From Rhina ancylostomus (Eukaryota), in NCBI GenBank assembly GCA_030265395.1, contig JARFYF010000104.1, positions 40,377,734-40,441,468 on the forward strand: a DNA stretch of 63,735 nucleotides, read 5' to 3'. Below are positions 35,941 through 49,128 of the stretch, one piece after another; the stretch's first letter is position 1; each line of letters starts with the position of its first letter. A program made the position numbers and the translations under genes. A model generated the notes under the pieces. The model searched no databases. It worked only from the letters and a program-made list of their open reading frames with translations, and was not told the origin of the DNA.

Positions 35941-38339
35941 CTAAAGANNNNNNNNNNCCCCTAAGTAAATTCTGCTATTCCTTACTGCTTCTCGGAAGTA
36001 AGGTAAGGTTGTGTGGAAATTACATGGTTTGTAAAGCACAAAAGGAGGTGACTAAACAAACTCTGTGCTTCTTCCATCACACTGTTAGCCAGCACATTAT
36101 ACATCATATTAAAAATGGTGCACAAAAGCATTCCCCTCATCTCACTTAATTCTTTTTGACTCCTTCGGTCACCAAGTCTTCTGACACCTAGAACAATATA
36201 TCTTTGTTTACTGTATTAAAACCCCTCATGCTTTTGAACAGCTTAATAAAATCTCTGCACCCTCTCTGACTCTTTCTTCCCCCCAATACGTGGTGAACAA
36301 ATCTTACTACAGTACTTCAGCTGAGGCCTGACAGTGAATTATAAAGGATTAGTAATAAAAGTAGAAAATGCTGGAAAAACTCAGCAAGTTGGGCAGCAAC
36401 TGTGGAAAGAGAAACAGTTATGATTTCAGGTTAAACTCCGAATGGATCAATGTTGTTTATACTGCCTTGGTTTTGTCACTCAAACTTAGGTCCTGCATTT
36501 TAGGCTTTTAATCCGGGGAAGTAATACAGCATAATGAAGCAATATAATTATTCTCATCATGTGTCATTACTATGCTTATCCAGGAGATGGAGCAAATGAG
36601 CTGGAAGCCATCACACCTGTGAATGCATCCAGGTGAAGCAGTTAATCTATTTCAATGAATACATTGGTTGGGGGTTTCTGCCTCAGTCCCAGAGGGGTTG
36701 ACTACATTGTGAATGAATGTTTCCAATTTCATGTCACTTAATCTGCTTTCCCATTATGTTCATCATAAACCAATGTTCTGCAGAACTGAACTGTAATAAC
36801 ATCTTACACTTGGTGGACCACTGAGGATGAGCTGCATTGTTGGGGAAACTAAATGATGGTCGAGGGAACACCTCAGTAATGTAGGCAGCCAATCTGCATA
36901 AAACAAATCCCACAACATGGGATTGATCAGATAATGCTGCTTCAGTGATGGCAACTATGGATTAAATGATAACCACAATATTGCAGCCAAATGCCTTGAT
37001 TTTTTTTTACAAAACAGCGCTGTATGATCTTTTACAGGCAGTTCAGAAGGCAAACAGACCCTCACTTTAATGAAGTAACAGTAGCAAATTCTACAAATAC
37101 TCCAATTGGAGAAATTCTTANNNNNNNNNNNNNNNNNNNNNNNNNNNNNNNNNNNNNNNNNNNNNNNNNNNNNNNNNNNNNNNNNNNNNNNNNNNNNNNN
37201 NNNNNNNNNNNNNNNNNNNNNNNNNNNNNNNNNNNNNNNNNNNNNNNNNNNNNNNNNNNNNNNNNNNNNNNNNNNNNNNNNNNNNNNNNNNNNNNNNNNN
37301 NNNNNNNNNNTATTTGGTTCCATGCTCCACCTTCCTCTCCTATCAGATTCCATCATCTGCAGCCCTTTGTTGCCTTCACCTATCACCACCCAGCCATTAT
37401 CACTATTTCCACTCTTCCCTGCTCCATCTATCATCCCTCCTCACTTGGATCCACCTATTACTCTACACAAAAGATGCATTTCACTGTGTGTTTCAATGTA
37501 CATGTGACTAATAAAGATATCTATCACTTGCCAGGTCTTGCTCCACCCCTTCCCCTCACCTCTTTGTACTGGCCAGCTCCCCTCTATCTTTCAGTCCTGA
37601 TGAAAGGTCTTGACCCAACATGTCCATTTCTCTCCACAGATGCTGCCTGACCAAATGTCTTCCTCCAGCACTTTGTTGCTCTAGATTCCAACATCTGCAG
37701 TGTCTTCTGTTTCTCTGTAAATACTCAGCAGGTCAGGCAGCCTCTGTGAAGACGGAAAGTTCAAGGACCTTCTATCAGAATCTGTTCTAAAGGTAGTCAA
37801 CCTGACATGTTAACTCTATTTCTCTTTCCACAGATACTGCATAATCTGCTGAGTATCGTCAGTGTTAGTTGTTTCTATTCCAGTTTTTTTGCTTTCCACT
37901 TACTTTAATATTTCTGCAATAGTGCAACACTTTGTCAGTTGTGCAATAGGAATGACAGTTTAGATTTCTGTACAGTTTCTGCAGTGGGACTTGAGACCAC
38001 AAGCTCATTTCAAAGGCAGGAGCACAAACCACTGTACTACAGGTGAGGTGTATACGATAGCAATTATCAGAATCGTAACCTCATGTATCAGATTCCAGTT
38101 TCAAGGTTTTTATGCACTGGGAAATGAGAAGAATCATGACCCAAATAGAGGATTTAGTTAAAGTTAAAAGTAGCAGTATAAAAGATGAATCTGAATCAGA
38201 ATTATTTATCAGTGACTTAAGATGACGTGAAATGTGTTGTTTTGCCGCAGCTGTGCAGCACAAAAACACAAAATTATAATAAATAACCAAAATAAATAAA
38301 TAATGCAAATTTTAAAAAAAGGGATAACCAGGTAATGTT

Positions 38340-38920
38340 CATGGACCATTCAGAAATCTGATGGCAGAGGGGACGAAGCTGTTCCTGAAACATTGAGTGT
38401 GGGTCTTCAGGCTCCTGTACCTCCTCCCCGATAGTAGTAATGTGAAGAGGTTACGTCCTCGATGGTGAGGGCCCTTGGTGATGGATGCCACTTTCTTGAG
38501 GCATCGCCTCTTGATCACGTCCTTGATGGCAGGGAGGGTTGTGCCCATGATGGGGCTGGCTGAGTCTGCAACACTCTGCAGCCTCTTGCAATCCTGTGCA
38601 TTGGAGCCTCCACACCAGGCAGTGATGCAACCAGTCAGAATGCTCTCCACTGGACATTTTTGGAAATTTGCAGGAGTCTTTGGTGATATACCAAATCTCC
38701 TCAAACTCCTAATGAAGTAGAGCCACTGGTGTGCCTTCTTTGTGGTTGGGTTCAGGATAGATCCTCCAAGATGTTGACGCTCAGGAACTTGAAGCTGCTC
38801 ACCCTTCACACAGCTGACCCTGCAATGAGGACTGGTGTGTGCTTTCCTGACTACCCTTTCCTGAAGTTTACAATCAATTCCTTGGTCTTGCTGACGTTGA
38901 GTGTGACATAGTTGTTGCAA
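38340..38920 (-). mobile_element. Rex1/Babar-like LINE 3' coding fragment abutting an RTE remnant
   Basis: ORF track: KKAHQWLYFIRSLRRFG...ESILTGCITAWCG...LFTLLLSGRRYRSLKTHTQCFRNSFVPSAIRFLN. Confidence 0.8.
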
Positions 38921-38924
38921 TGAA

Positions 38925-41740
38925 TTGGAGAAACCTTGATGTCTGGACAAAGCCAGGCGAATTTCATCATCCATGTCTATTTTTGATAGAAATTGGCTCC
39001 CCAGATATGGAAGAGATTATGTTTTCCAGGGTCTTATCATGGACTTTTATTGCCAGAGGCAGGTTGGTGGAGAACCTTTGTTCTTTGGATACTTAGCGCA
39101 AGGCCAATTCTCTTGTACACTTCAGTGAACGATTCAACAATGACTTGGAGCTTGGCCTCTGAACATGCACATGCACAAGCGCTGTTTCAATGAATGAAGT
39201 TGTATTGACTTGAGTTCTGGAATGGAGGCAATGTAGATCAAACAGTCTTCCAATTGTACTGTAGACTAGGTCTACTCTACCAGGAAGCTTGTTAGAGGTG
39301 AGGTGGAGCACAGCTGCAAGAAAGATTGTGAGAACATAGAGCAGTACAGCACAGGAACAGGTCCTTCAGCCCACGATATCGCCACTGACCGTGACACCAA
39401 ACGAAATGAATGCCATCTGCCTGCGCATGATCCATATCCCTCCATGTGTTGGTGTGCTTGATACCAGCCTGCACTGAGATTAGTTCTGGTATGGACTGTG
39501 GTTAAAAAAAAATCATAGCTTACTTGCCCTCATGTAGCAGATGAAGGATAGAGATGAATTTCTTAGGGCAGCCAAAGTTCAGAAGGATGCTTCCAGGTTC
39601 CTCTCAGTTGACAGAGTCAAAGGCTCTTATGTGAAGTCAATATGGGCCATGTACACTGTCGACACTGTTCACTGTTTTGCAGTGAAGATCACATATNNNN
39701 NNNNNNNNNNNNNNNNNNNNNNNNNNNNNNNNNNNNNNNNNNNNNNNNNNNNNNNNNNNNNNNNNNNNNNNNNNNNNNNNNNNNNNNNNNNNNNNNNNNN
39801 NNNNNNNNNNNNNNNNNNNNNNNNNNNNNNNNNNNNNNNNNNNNNNNNNNNNNNNNNNNNNNNNNNNNNNNNNNNNNNNNNNNNNNNNNNNNNNNNNNNN
39901 NNNNNNAGATTTGAAAGACAAGGCTATCTACTATTTTTTTCTTAAGTTTCTCTCTGCCAAGTGTTAGAAATTCATGGGGGGATAGACTCTGCTATCCAGG
40001 CCTTGTTGCCTTTCAGTTGGTTTCTTGTTGGTCTGCGGTGGTGGTGGAGACTGGACAGTAAAACCCCGATAACATGCCCTTGTTCAGAAATCCCAATGGT
40101 TCAGTATCTGGCTCAGTGGGTGCCGATTCCTGTGTTCCCTTTAACATCCTCCCTTTAAGCTCACCTGATTCTGTTTCCCACGCTCCCTTGAAACTCATCA
40201 GGGCCGTTTCCACACTCCCCTGAATCTCATTGGGTTCTGTTTCCTGCACTCCCCTTAAATACATAGGGTCTGTTCCCAAACATTGGGGTCACTAGAAAAT
40301 TTATTGTACAATTGTGTAACATCGAAGGAGAAATGAATTAAAAGTGTGTTGGAGTATTGACTGGAATAACATCCACTGGTCCAGTGGATCTACCAGACTG
40401 GTACCACTAAAGCCCCGAGCATGCTGAATTAACAGAGTTTTATGTCAAGTGCTGTGAGATGGCATCAAGGACACATTTGTCATGTATAGAAGGTTATGTT
40501 CTTTGAAGCGTTCCTTCCAGTAGTACTGCCTCTCAACTTGGGTGTTTGGGATGTAGGTCTTGAAGTGGATGAACAGTCCACACATACTGGGGGTTAGCAG
40601 CACCTTGCTAGATCTCCTACCACCTATCTTTTAGGTCACAGGTTTTCTGCTGGACCTTGGCTTTCTGGAGTTCCAATGGAAGAACTCCTTGCATTTGTGG
40701 TTAATTAGCTTGTGGTTCTCCTGGTCATTCTCATCAAAGCTGTGCAAGTATTTTCTAGTGGAGAAGCCATGAGTCTCTTCAGGTGCTAACTATGGTGGTC
40801 TTGAAGGCAGTCCAGATGTGTTGGACACTCTATAGATCCCGCTGNNNNNNNNNNNNNNNNNNNNNNNNNNNNNNNNNNNNNNNNNNNNNNNNNNNNNNNN
40901 NNNNNNNNNNNNNNNNNNNNNNNNNNNNNNNNNNNNNNNNNNNNNNNNNNNNNNNNNNNNNNNNNNNNNNNNNNNNNNNNNNNNNNNNNNNNNNNNNNNN
41001 NNNNNNNNNNNNNNNNNNNNNNNNNNNNNNNNNNNNNNNNNNNNNNNNNNNNNNNNNNNNNNNNNNNNNNNNNNNNNNNNNNNNNNNNNNNNNNNNNNNN
41101 NNNNNNNNNNNNNNNNNNNNNNNNNNNNAAGGAGTTTGTACGTTCTCCCGTGTCTGCGTGGGTTTCCTCTGGGTGCTCCGGTTTCCTCCCACATTCTAAA
41201 GATGTGTGGGTAGGTTAATTTGGGGTTTTAAATGGGCATTGTGGACTCGTTGGGCCGGAAGGGCCTGTTACCCCCACGCTGTAAATAAAAATTTAAAAAT
41301 TAAAAAAAAAATTCTCTCTGAGACATGGGTCAGGATTTTTACAAGGTCAGATTAGAAATCCTCCATGGCCTCAGCCATAGCTTTCTGGCTTGGGGCATGT
41401 GTGCTGACAACCACTGAGCGTTGCTTTCATTTTAGAGAAAGTCAGAGGATCCCAAGTCAATGAGGTGCCTGACATCTTTCTAGCCAGTGAAACACACTAC
41501 TTGAAGACAACATTCCTCTTCCAGTTTGCCCTTCCAGAAGGTGGCGTACAATGACTTGTTTAGCATCTCCTGTCTACCATATCACATTCCAAGGCAATGG
41601 TGTTAATCTCATAGCATCTGAGTTTCTGGGCCATGAAAGTAAAATGATGTCCATGTCTGTTGGTGACAGGGGTGTGAGGGTTCTGACATTTCAGCCACTG
41701 GCCTTCGTACTGAGGAATGAAAGTGCTTATGTGTGACTTC
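38925..41740 (-). mobile_element. Decayed long RTE-clade LINE (APE endonuclease to RT), split by younger insertions and gaps
   Basis: Minus-strand motifs occur in the expected order: FWKGKLEEE and a VVSTHAP-like segment (APE, about 41390-41640), FDENDQE (about 40720-40740), AFDSVN...ILLNFGCPKKFISILHLLHEG (about 39525-39625), YSTIGRLFDL (about 39235-39265), and FHIWG/YLGS-like...DMDDEI (about 38960-39015). Confidence 0.65.
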
Positions 41741-42670
41741 TTTTAATGAGCAATGGCTGGTCGTGGTTTTGAACATAGCCAGGTCATGAGCTAGTGGGAA
41801 GATGACTGAAGGCCTAGTTCTGCTATATGGATATTAACACATATGCATAATCACAGACATGAGTGTGTGCATATCTCTACTATGAGCTAGTGGCTGAGGA
41901 TCTGAGCATGAATTTCCACTCCTTGAGATATCAAAACAGGGTGGATTTAAGACACAACTTAAAGGACGTGGAGCTGAACCACTGAAAGACAAAGGTGATC
42001 AAGGTGCAATGATAATATCAGTATTGCTGAAGCAATGAGGAAGACTGCAATGGGAGGGGAGGGTGGATACTAGAGGTGAGAGAACCATCCAGTGACAAGT
42101 GTTTCCCTGCATTTGTCACTTTCAACCCTAACTGATGCTGGGCCACACAAAGAAGCTTTCCAAATTGTGTTTGAAATCTCTCTCTTATCCTTGGCATGTA
42201 GATTAAGTACTGCGATCTCACAAGTGCTAGCCCTATTATTAGTCCAGAGAAAAGCCTTGAACTTGCCTTTACTGATAGCTTTGTCAAATACAGTAAACTG
42301 CATTTATGTTTACCAGCTCGATGTGGAAGGTTCCTGGGAATGACAGAGAATACAAATCCATATCTGTATCATTTTTGAATCTTGGCACATTGCATATCTT
42401 TAGTGGAGTGCAGACTTGGGTGCTGTTTAACAAATCTGCAGTCCAAATGTCTGTCAGAGTGAAAACAGTCACTTCTGCAAGATGCCCAATCATTTAGCAT
42501 CACTTCAATGTCATAACATACTTCCTTTCCTTTGGTACACTATCCTAAGCAGGAAGGAGACTGGAGACCAGATGAAACTAGAGAGGTCAGGACTAAGGGA
42601 GTCGTATCACAAGTGTAAGCATTCACTAATAGCATCTACTCACCAATAAGCATGTCTGGTGCCTACTCAC

Positions 42671-42800
42671 CAATAACCTTTATAATAAAGGAGCAATTTG
42701 CTTTGTTCCCAGTTTTGTCCATTGCTGTATATGTGATGGTGATTTTGCCAATTGGGAAAAGATGGGGTGGAATCACAGCAGGAGTAACTTGTAAAAATAC
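42671..42800 (-). CDS. SVEP1: SVEP1-family exon: HYR1, second half
   Basis: cttcaag|GTA...ATT G|gtgagt. 130 nt, phase 0-1. VFLQVTPAVIPPHLFPIGKITITYTAMDKTGNKANCSFIIKVI. Confidence 0.92.
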
Positions 42801-43904
42801 CTTGAAGTTGAGGGGAAAGATTAATGATCAGCAGAGCTTGTGAATTCAATAATTAACTTCATAAAGAACATAGGAACAAGAGAATTTGGCCCCTTGAGCG
42901 TATTCTGTTGAGCAATGAGATCACAGCTAACCTGTGACCCAACTCCACATACTTGCCTTTTCCTCAAATCCCTTAATAACTTATATTTAACAGGACAATC
43001 AATCTCAACAAATGACCTGAAATCAATCTGTGTTTGTGGAATGGAGTTCCAAACTTCAGCTGTGTGTTGAAGAGTCACTCCTGAATGGCTTGGTTTTCAT
43101 TTTTAGACTGGTCAACCAATCTGAAAGCTTTTCTGAAGACACCACTTAATTTCCTAAATTCTTGGAAAACCAACCCTACATTGTGTGATCACTCCATGTA
43201 CTTTATATGATACTTCAAAGGCAATACATCTTTCCTTCTACCTCTTTGCACTCTCATCTTCCAGTTAACAAGGTTGATTAATATGATTTATTTTATATAT
43301 ACTTGCATACTTATAACACAGGCGGCTATTTGGCCCATTGGATTTTTGCAGGCTCCCGGCACAGCAATCCAACAGTCCCATTCCCTCTCTCCTTTCTTTT
43401 CTCTAGCCCTGTAATGTATTCTCTTTCATTATCAACATGCCCATCAATTCCCATCAGGTTCCTTTGCCTAAACCCAAGTGGTCACAGGGAAAACATACAA
43501 AGTGCACACAGACAGCACCCAAGGTCAGAATCAAACCAGGACCCTTGGAGCCCTGAGGAAACAGCCCTAACTGCTATGCCACCATCTTGTTGAACTTCTA
43601 TTGTTTTCAGTTTCTCACTCATCGAAGTGGCTTTCAGTGAAGCCCTCATCCACCACACTTTTATGAAATAGCAGATGTGGGATTTTTAAAAAAAATATAA
43701 CTATCCTTTCAAGAGACAGTTGACAGCTCTGACACTGCAGCACTCCCTCAGTATGCTCAGCTCAGATTTTATACTCAACTGTTTTTTTCTCAGAAGGAAC
43801 TACATACTGAAGACCTTCTGACTCCAAGATGAGAATACTATTCATGAAGCTTAAACCAGGTACCAAACACTTTACCTTTTAAAAAAAGAAATCTTGGCAC
43901 TCAC

Positions 43905-44023
43905 CTGATCTCCTGAATTATCATTTGCTTCTGGTATCAACCAGGTGACATTTGCTGTTTTCTGATGTTCTAATGTTTCCACCGTGACTTCCTTGGGACA
44001 AGTGATTTGGGGCACCTCAATAT
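43905..44023 (-). CDS. SVEP1: SVEP1-family exon: HYR1, first half
   Basis: gattag|AT ATT...CAG|gtgagt. 119 nt, phase 1-0. (D)IEVPQITCPKEVTVETLEHQKTANVTWLIPEANDNSGDQ. Confidence 0.92.
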
Positions 44024-44636
44024 CTAATCAATAAAACAGTTATCACCATCTTTCAAGCAACATGGTGTAGCCAAAGTACATCACAAAGTTGTTTAACCAA
44101 TAGATTACTGGATGGCACCTGCTGGTTACTGTGCATTTTATTTTAATGTATTAAAACAGCCCCACGATGCAAGAATAATTATGTTTTAAATAACATTCAA
44201 AAGCTCTCCAACTACCCTTCACCTATCAACTGGAATAATATACTGACGAAAAGAGCAAACAGGGCTATGTTTAAACATCATATCCAAAAGACAGTACTTC
44301 CACACTGCTCTCTTGATAATGTAATGTAATGTCAGCCTGGATTTTATGCACAACTTCTCGGAGAGGACATGACTCTGTAACTTCTTAACCTAAAGATTTG
44401 TGTGTTCCCAACTGAGCCAATGAAAGGATCATAAACTGGGACTAATTATGTGAGCCGCACCAGATAACAAAAGGTAAACCAGAACTAAAGTTGTTAAAAC
44501 AACTACTTTTGGTTCATTCTCGCTCCAAGCCAATCACCTCAAAAGTTTATGAATTGAATGAAATAGCCTGCTCTTAAATACATTAAAATATCAAGCTCTT
44601 GTTAGTAACAGAGAATGTAATACCAATTTACATTTA

Positions 44637-44837
44637 CAGGAAGTCCCCAGGTTACGAACAAGTTCTGTTTTTGAGACTGTTCATAACCTGATTTTGTATG
44701 TAACTCGGAACAGTGTCCACAGTTGGGCCAAAGAAGGTGTACCGCTGCCGTGGTAGGATCGGTGGCCAGGCCCACTTACGAACCGACCATGAAGGTCGGT
44801 TCATAAGTACGGGCGTTCGTAAGTCAGGGACTTCCTG
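44637..44837. mobile_element. Tc1/mariner (Tigger/pogo-type) MITE, 201 bp
   Basis: TA at 44635-36 and 44838-39. The TIRs are CAGGAAGTCCCCAGGTTACGAAC and (reverse complement) CAGGAAGTCCCTGACTTACGAAC, 19/23 identical. Confidence 0.85.
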
Positions 44838-45318
44838 TATATGACCCACACAGATTTAAGTTTTGTAGTTGTTTCTTGCCATTTCCATGTCAACCCAGGT
44901 TTCCTCCAAAACAAGCACAAGAATATAGGATTTTTAATAAAATAATACCTCAAGATTATTCATCAAAGGGTTACCAGACAGAATTTGCATTCATGTAGCA
45001 CTTTTCAGAGAGCAAATTACTCCCAACATGCTTCAAAGGAGTGTCACTGAAGAAAATTTGGCCTCGACCCTCATAAAGTGATATCACAATAGGTAACCAC
45101 AGGTAGGTTAAGCAGGAAAACAAGGCTNNNNNNNNNNGGGGTGAGGAGGCAGAATGTGGGGCCCGGGCAACTAAAGGCACAGCGACCAATTCAATGGTGT
45201 TATCAGTGGAACAATGGACTAATCTAAATCAAAGGAGAGTTTTGATTACCCATGTGAATATTATGAAAAATTCCAAAAAACAAGCTATCTTAGTACCATG
45301 AAAAAGGTAGAAAGATAC

Positions 45319-45516
45319 CTCGACAAACGGCTTTGTGAAGTTTCTGACTCCATTTGCCATTACTCATGCATCGCACTTCTTCCATGACACCTGAGAGCCT
45401 GTAACCATGGCGACAGCTCAAATGACACACACTCCCTGGTTTGACTGCTGCTTTCCGGCAGAGGTGAGGGGCTACCATCACATCATCTGTCTTTTGTATG
45501 GCTGGACAATGGATTT
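45319..45516 (-). CDS. SVEP1: SVEP1-family exon: CCP/sushi 3
   Basis: tttcaacag|AA ATC...CGA G|gtatct. 198 nt. (E)IHCPAIQKTDDVMVAPHLCRKAAVKPGSVCHLSCRHGYRLSGVMEEVRCMSNGKWSQKLHKAVCR. Confidence 0.92.
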
Positions 45517-46239
45517 CTGTTGAAATGCAAAAACGTACTGGTCTTAAAGGTGCAGAAGGAACTAACATAAACAATAAGAATAATTTGAATCTGGATCATG
45601 CCTAAAATATGAGGAAATCTTGCAAAATAAAGTAGCAGCATCTTCTTTACATCTTTCCTGTCAAATTCTTCCTGTCATCTTCGCAATATCTTTCAGGTCA
45701 CCCCTCAACCTTCTTTTTCCTAGAGAAAGGACCCCAGCCTGTTTAATCCTCCTTGGAAGATATAAACTAGTATCTCTGATATCGTGCTTACAAATCTTTT
45801 TTTCATACATTCCCTAGAATATCCCTAACTTTTTTCATTATATGGAGACTGGGAGGTGAAAATTGTTTAACTTTTTGATTTAAGACCTTGTGGGCCACCT
45901 TAATGCCGTTTGGGGAAAGTTGCAATTGCGAAGTTCACAGAAATGCACTCTCAGGACTTCCTAAGTAATAGTGTGCTGAAACTAATTGCAAGTTCTTAAG
46001 AAGAAATACCACAAGGCAAGCAAAACTCTTCCAGATCTTGGGAACTATCACTACTGATTGAATGGATGATGGCTTCATAATTCTTTACATAGAGTTGCTA
46101 CTTTTAATAATTTCTCTGTTCTTCCTGATCCCTTGATTCCTCAATCTCAGTTAGATACATTGTCTAAGGAGTATGTGGTCTCCCAATTCTTTCTACCACA
46201 TTTTTTTCTATCTTGAAGTTCATTTGACAATTACACACC

Positions 46240-47878
46240 GACTCCAGGTTTATTAATACCTTATCATATTTTGTTGAAGTCCCCACTACATCTTCCAATT
46301 TGGTACTTTGTGCAAACAAAGACCATTTAAAAATTGTCAAACGAGATGTTGGTGTTGTCAGTATCCAGTGCCCACCCTAGCCTATCTTGAGAGGGTAATG
46401 AATGGTGAGTTGCTTTCTTGAACCATGGCAGCAGTTGTGGNNNNNNNNNNNNNNNNNNNNNNNNNNNNNNNNNNNNNNNNNNNNNNNNNNNNNNNNNNNN
46501 NNNNNNNNNNNNNNNNNNNNNNNNNNNNNNNNNNNNNNNNGTCCACACAAAATACCTGTTTTCCTCTACAGGCTAACGACACAGTGGACTCCACCGGATT
46601 ACTCCCAAAATCCGTCCGTGGATTGTAGTGACAGTCACAGTTATTGTTTCTCATCCATCGATAGTGAAAACAAGCAGGCTAATGTCTCTCTCTCTCTCCT
46701 TACCGACTCCGACTGGCTGTTCCAACAACGTCATGACGTCCTTTATCTTCTGTGGACATAAGCACGACACACACACACTTAAAGGGACATTCACTAAGTC
46801 ACCTAGTCCGTAATACAAATGAGAACCAGTCTTCAAGTAAAACCTGTTTACATGTAACCTTCCTGCAGTAATCAGACATCATTGTCTCTTAAGAACACAG
46901 GTTGCCAGTTTCACTGCAGGAGGCCACTTTAGAGAGTTCCTTTGGAAATTGATGAGCTATCACTTCTATTGATACTTGTGTAATGATACATCATTAAACA
47001 ATGTAACATCCACTGAAACTTCCAGCCCATTGAAAACAGTCATTGAATGTAGGACATTCCGATTCTGTACCATTGTAACTCGGCAGGGGAAAACAATAAA
47101 GAAATGTTCATGTTAATTGGCCCTCATTAACAGCACTCATCGCAATATTGTGGAGTTATTGTTACCGTATCAAGTGATTTTGTGAATTTTTCGATTTATG
47201 GACAAAACCGACGTGGACATCTGTAAAAATGGAACCCGTTCATAATTCTGTGACAGCGTGTATGATGAGTGTAATGCAATTTTCTTTTGGGAAGTTGTTG
47301 AAGTAAAAGATGCAGACGTATATCCTTACTACACTAACAACCTTGCATTAACCCTACTAATAAAGCAATACTTTTGAATTGAGAAATTCCTGATGAGAGT
47401 TTCTATCTGATCAGTATATTAGTAATTTCTTGGTCATTATAACTGTGAAAATACTGCCACTAGCAGGTCAACCAGCAAATTACAAGAGAAAACTTGTGGA
47501 AGAGGTATCAAAGACCATTTGTGGCTAACGTCCCTCCCGGAATGTGACATGCTGCATTCTTGTCATCATCTGCATGTTTACCATCATCCTGATTTGGAAA
47601 TCTATCATTTTCTTTTGGCTGTCATTGTGTCTAACTGCTGGAATGCTCTATTACTTAATACAGTGGGAGTAACTTCACCACAACTGCTGCCATGGTTCAA
47701 GAAAGCAACTCACCATTCATTACCCTCTCAAGATAGGCTAGGGTGGGCACTGGACACTGACAACACCAACATCTCTCGAGACAATTTTTAAATGATCTTT
47801 GTTTGCACAAAGCACCAAATTGGAAGATGTAGCGGGGACTTCAACAAAATATGATAAGGTATTAATAAACCTGGAGTC
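46240..47878. repeat. Inverted duplication: 46240-46440 is the near-identical reverse complement of 47678-47878
   Basis: Direct comparison. The ORF track shows the same peptide PQLLPWFKKATHHSLPSQDRLGWALDTDNTNIS on opposite strands. Confidence 0.9.
46541..46817 (-). mobile_element. Possible LTR fragment truncated by a gap
   Basis: The minus strand starts TGTATTACGG...GAATGTCCCTTTAAG, the segment is CpG-richer than its flanks, and it has short (TG)n and (GA)n runs. The 3' end is lost in the gap. Confidence 0.3.
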
Positions 47879-48948
47879 AGGGTGTGTCAGGGTGTCTTAA
47901 AGGGACATGTTTAAATTTAATAATATTTATGGGAGCTCATTTGTAAGTCTGGGTGTCTATAATTTGGGCGTAACCAAGGGACATGCTAGATCTATCTTTT
48001 TTATTCTAAATTTAGTTTCCCTTTCTATAGGCAAGCTTCTTTGCCTCTGCTGACAATAGATATGAATGTGGGACACCTATTAATTTGTAAGAATATTAAA
48101 TTATTGCACTGCAGGGGAGAAAGAAAGAATTATCAGACTGTAGTGATGTAAACATATCTATCTTATTGGCTTACCAAGAACAATAATCAATAAACACTTG
48201 CTCTGAAATCACCTAGGCCCTGAGATCCTACTTTTAGCATGGGTTTTGTTTATAGGAACTTCTCCATCAATGCGATGAAGTCACGTACTGTTGAATATTC
48301 CCATCTTTCCTGTTGCAAATTATTACATCAATGGAAGTAACACACATTTACAAACAAGAGGACCAAGTTTATTAATATCTTCCTATATTTAGTTGATCAC
48401 CACCCTCAAAGGCAGTCAAGTGCTTGTGAGGTATTTCAGGTTACAGAAGATCACAGATCTCAATGAGGAGAAATAATGTATTTTGAACATTGGCCCATTA
48501 AATATCACAGCTTCAGGGGAAACCAGGTTAGTAAAATCTCATTGTTTGGTGAATTAAATGTTATTCTGCAGGCTAGTGAGGTTGAAAATCTCACTACAGA
48601 GGAATTCTGCATGTTACATTCTGTTGACATTGTTATGGGTGTTGGTTGAAATTGATATGTTGGATAAAAGTTGCTAGGGCAACAAGAAATCTAGCTAAAA
48701 AGTTAGGAGTTGATATTTCCAATGGGTGTCAAGATCAGGTAAAATGTGAATAAAACTTTTAAGTCAATTTTCAACTTCAAAGCAATTTTTTTTGGAATTT
48801 CTCCCAATATATGTCTAGGCCTCCACCTTTTTGACAAAGATATTCATTAAAGTCCTGTTGTTACATTTGGATACAATACAGTGAACATCAGCAAATTGAA
48901 AGTAATGGCTTCACAAACCAACTTGCATACACTGTTCACTGGACTTAC

Positions 48949-49128
48949 CAACACATTTTGGTTCCCTCCCATCCCATATCATGTTGGACAGACAAGTCAG
49001 CTTTGACCTCCCTTCCAACACATAGCCCTTTTTACAGGTCGCACGACAGACAGTCTTATAGGATGTGTTGTGGGTTGAGCAGTTTATAAATCCATGTTCA
49101 GGATTACGTAATCTTGGACAGGTGCGAA
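48949..49128 (-). CDS. SVEP1: SVEP1-family exon: CCP/sushi 2
   Basis: ttttctacag|TT CGC...GTT G|gtaagt. 180 nt. (V)RTCPRLRNPEHGFINCSTHNTSYKTVCRATCKKGYVLEGRSKLTCLSNMIWDGREPKCV. Confidence 0.93.

Noticed and set aside
38339-38974. 211-aa ORF as a host gene
   Set aside because: It is a chimeric read-through of RTE and Rex1/Babar-like retrotransposon remnants.
36955-41199. Long ORFs in the track that span N-runs
   Set aside because: They are artefacts of translating assembly gaps as X.
46779-47910. Two ttaaagggacat motifs considered as Kolobok/T2-MITE termini
   Set aside because: Both are in the same orientation and I found no matching inverted terminus.
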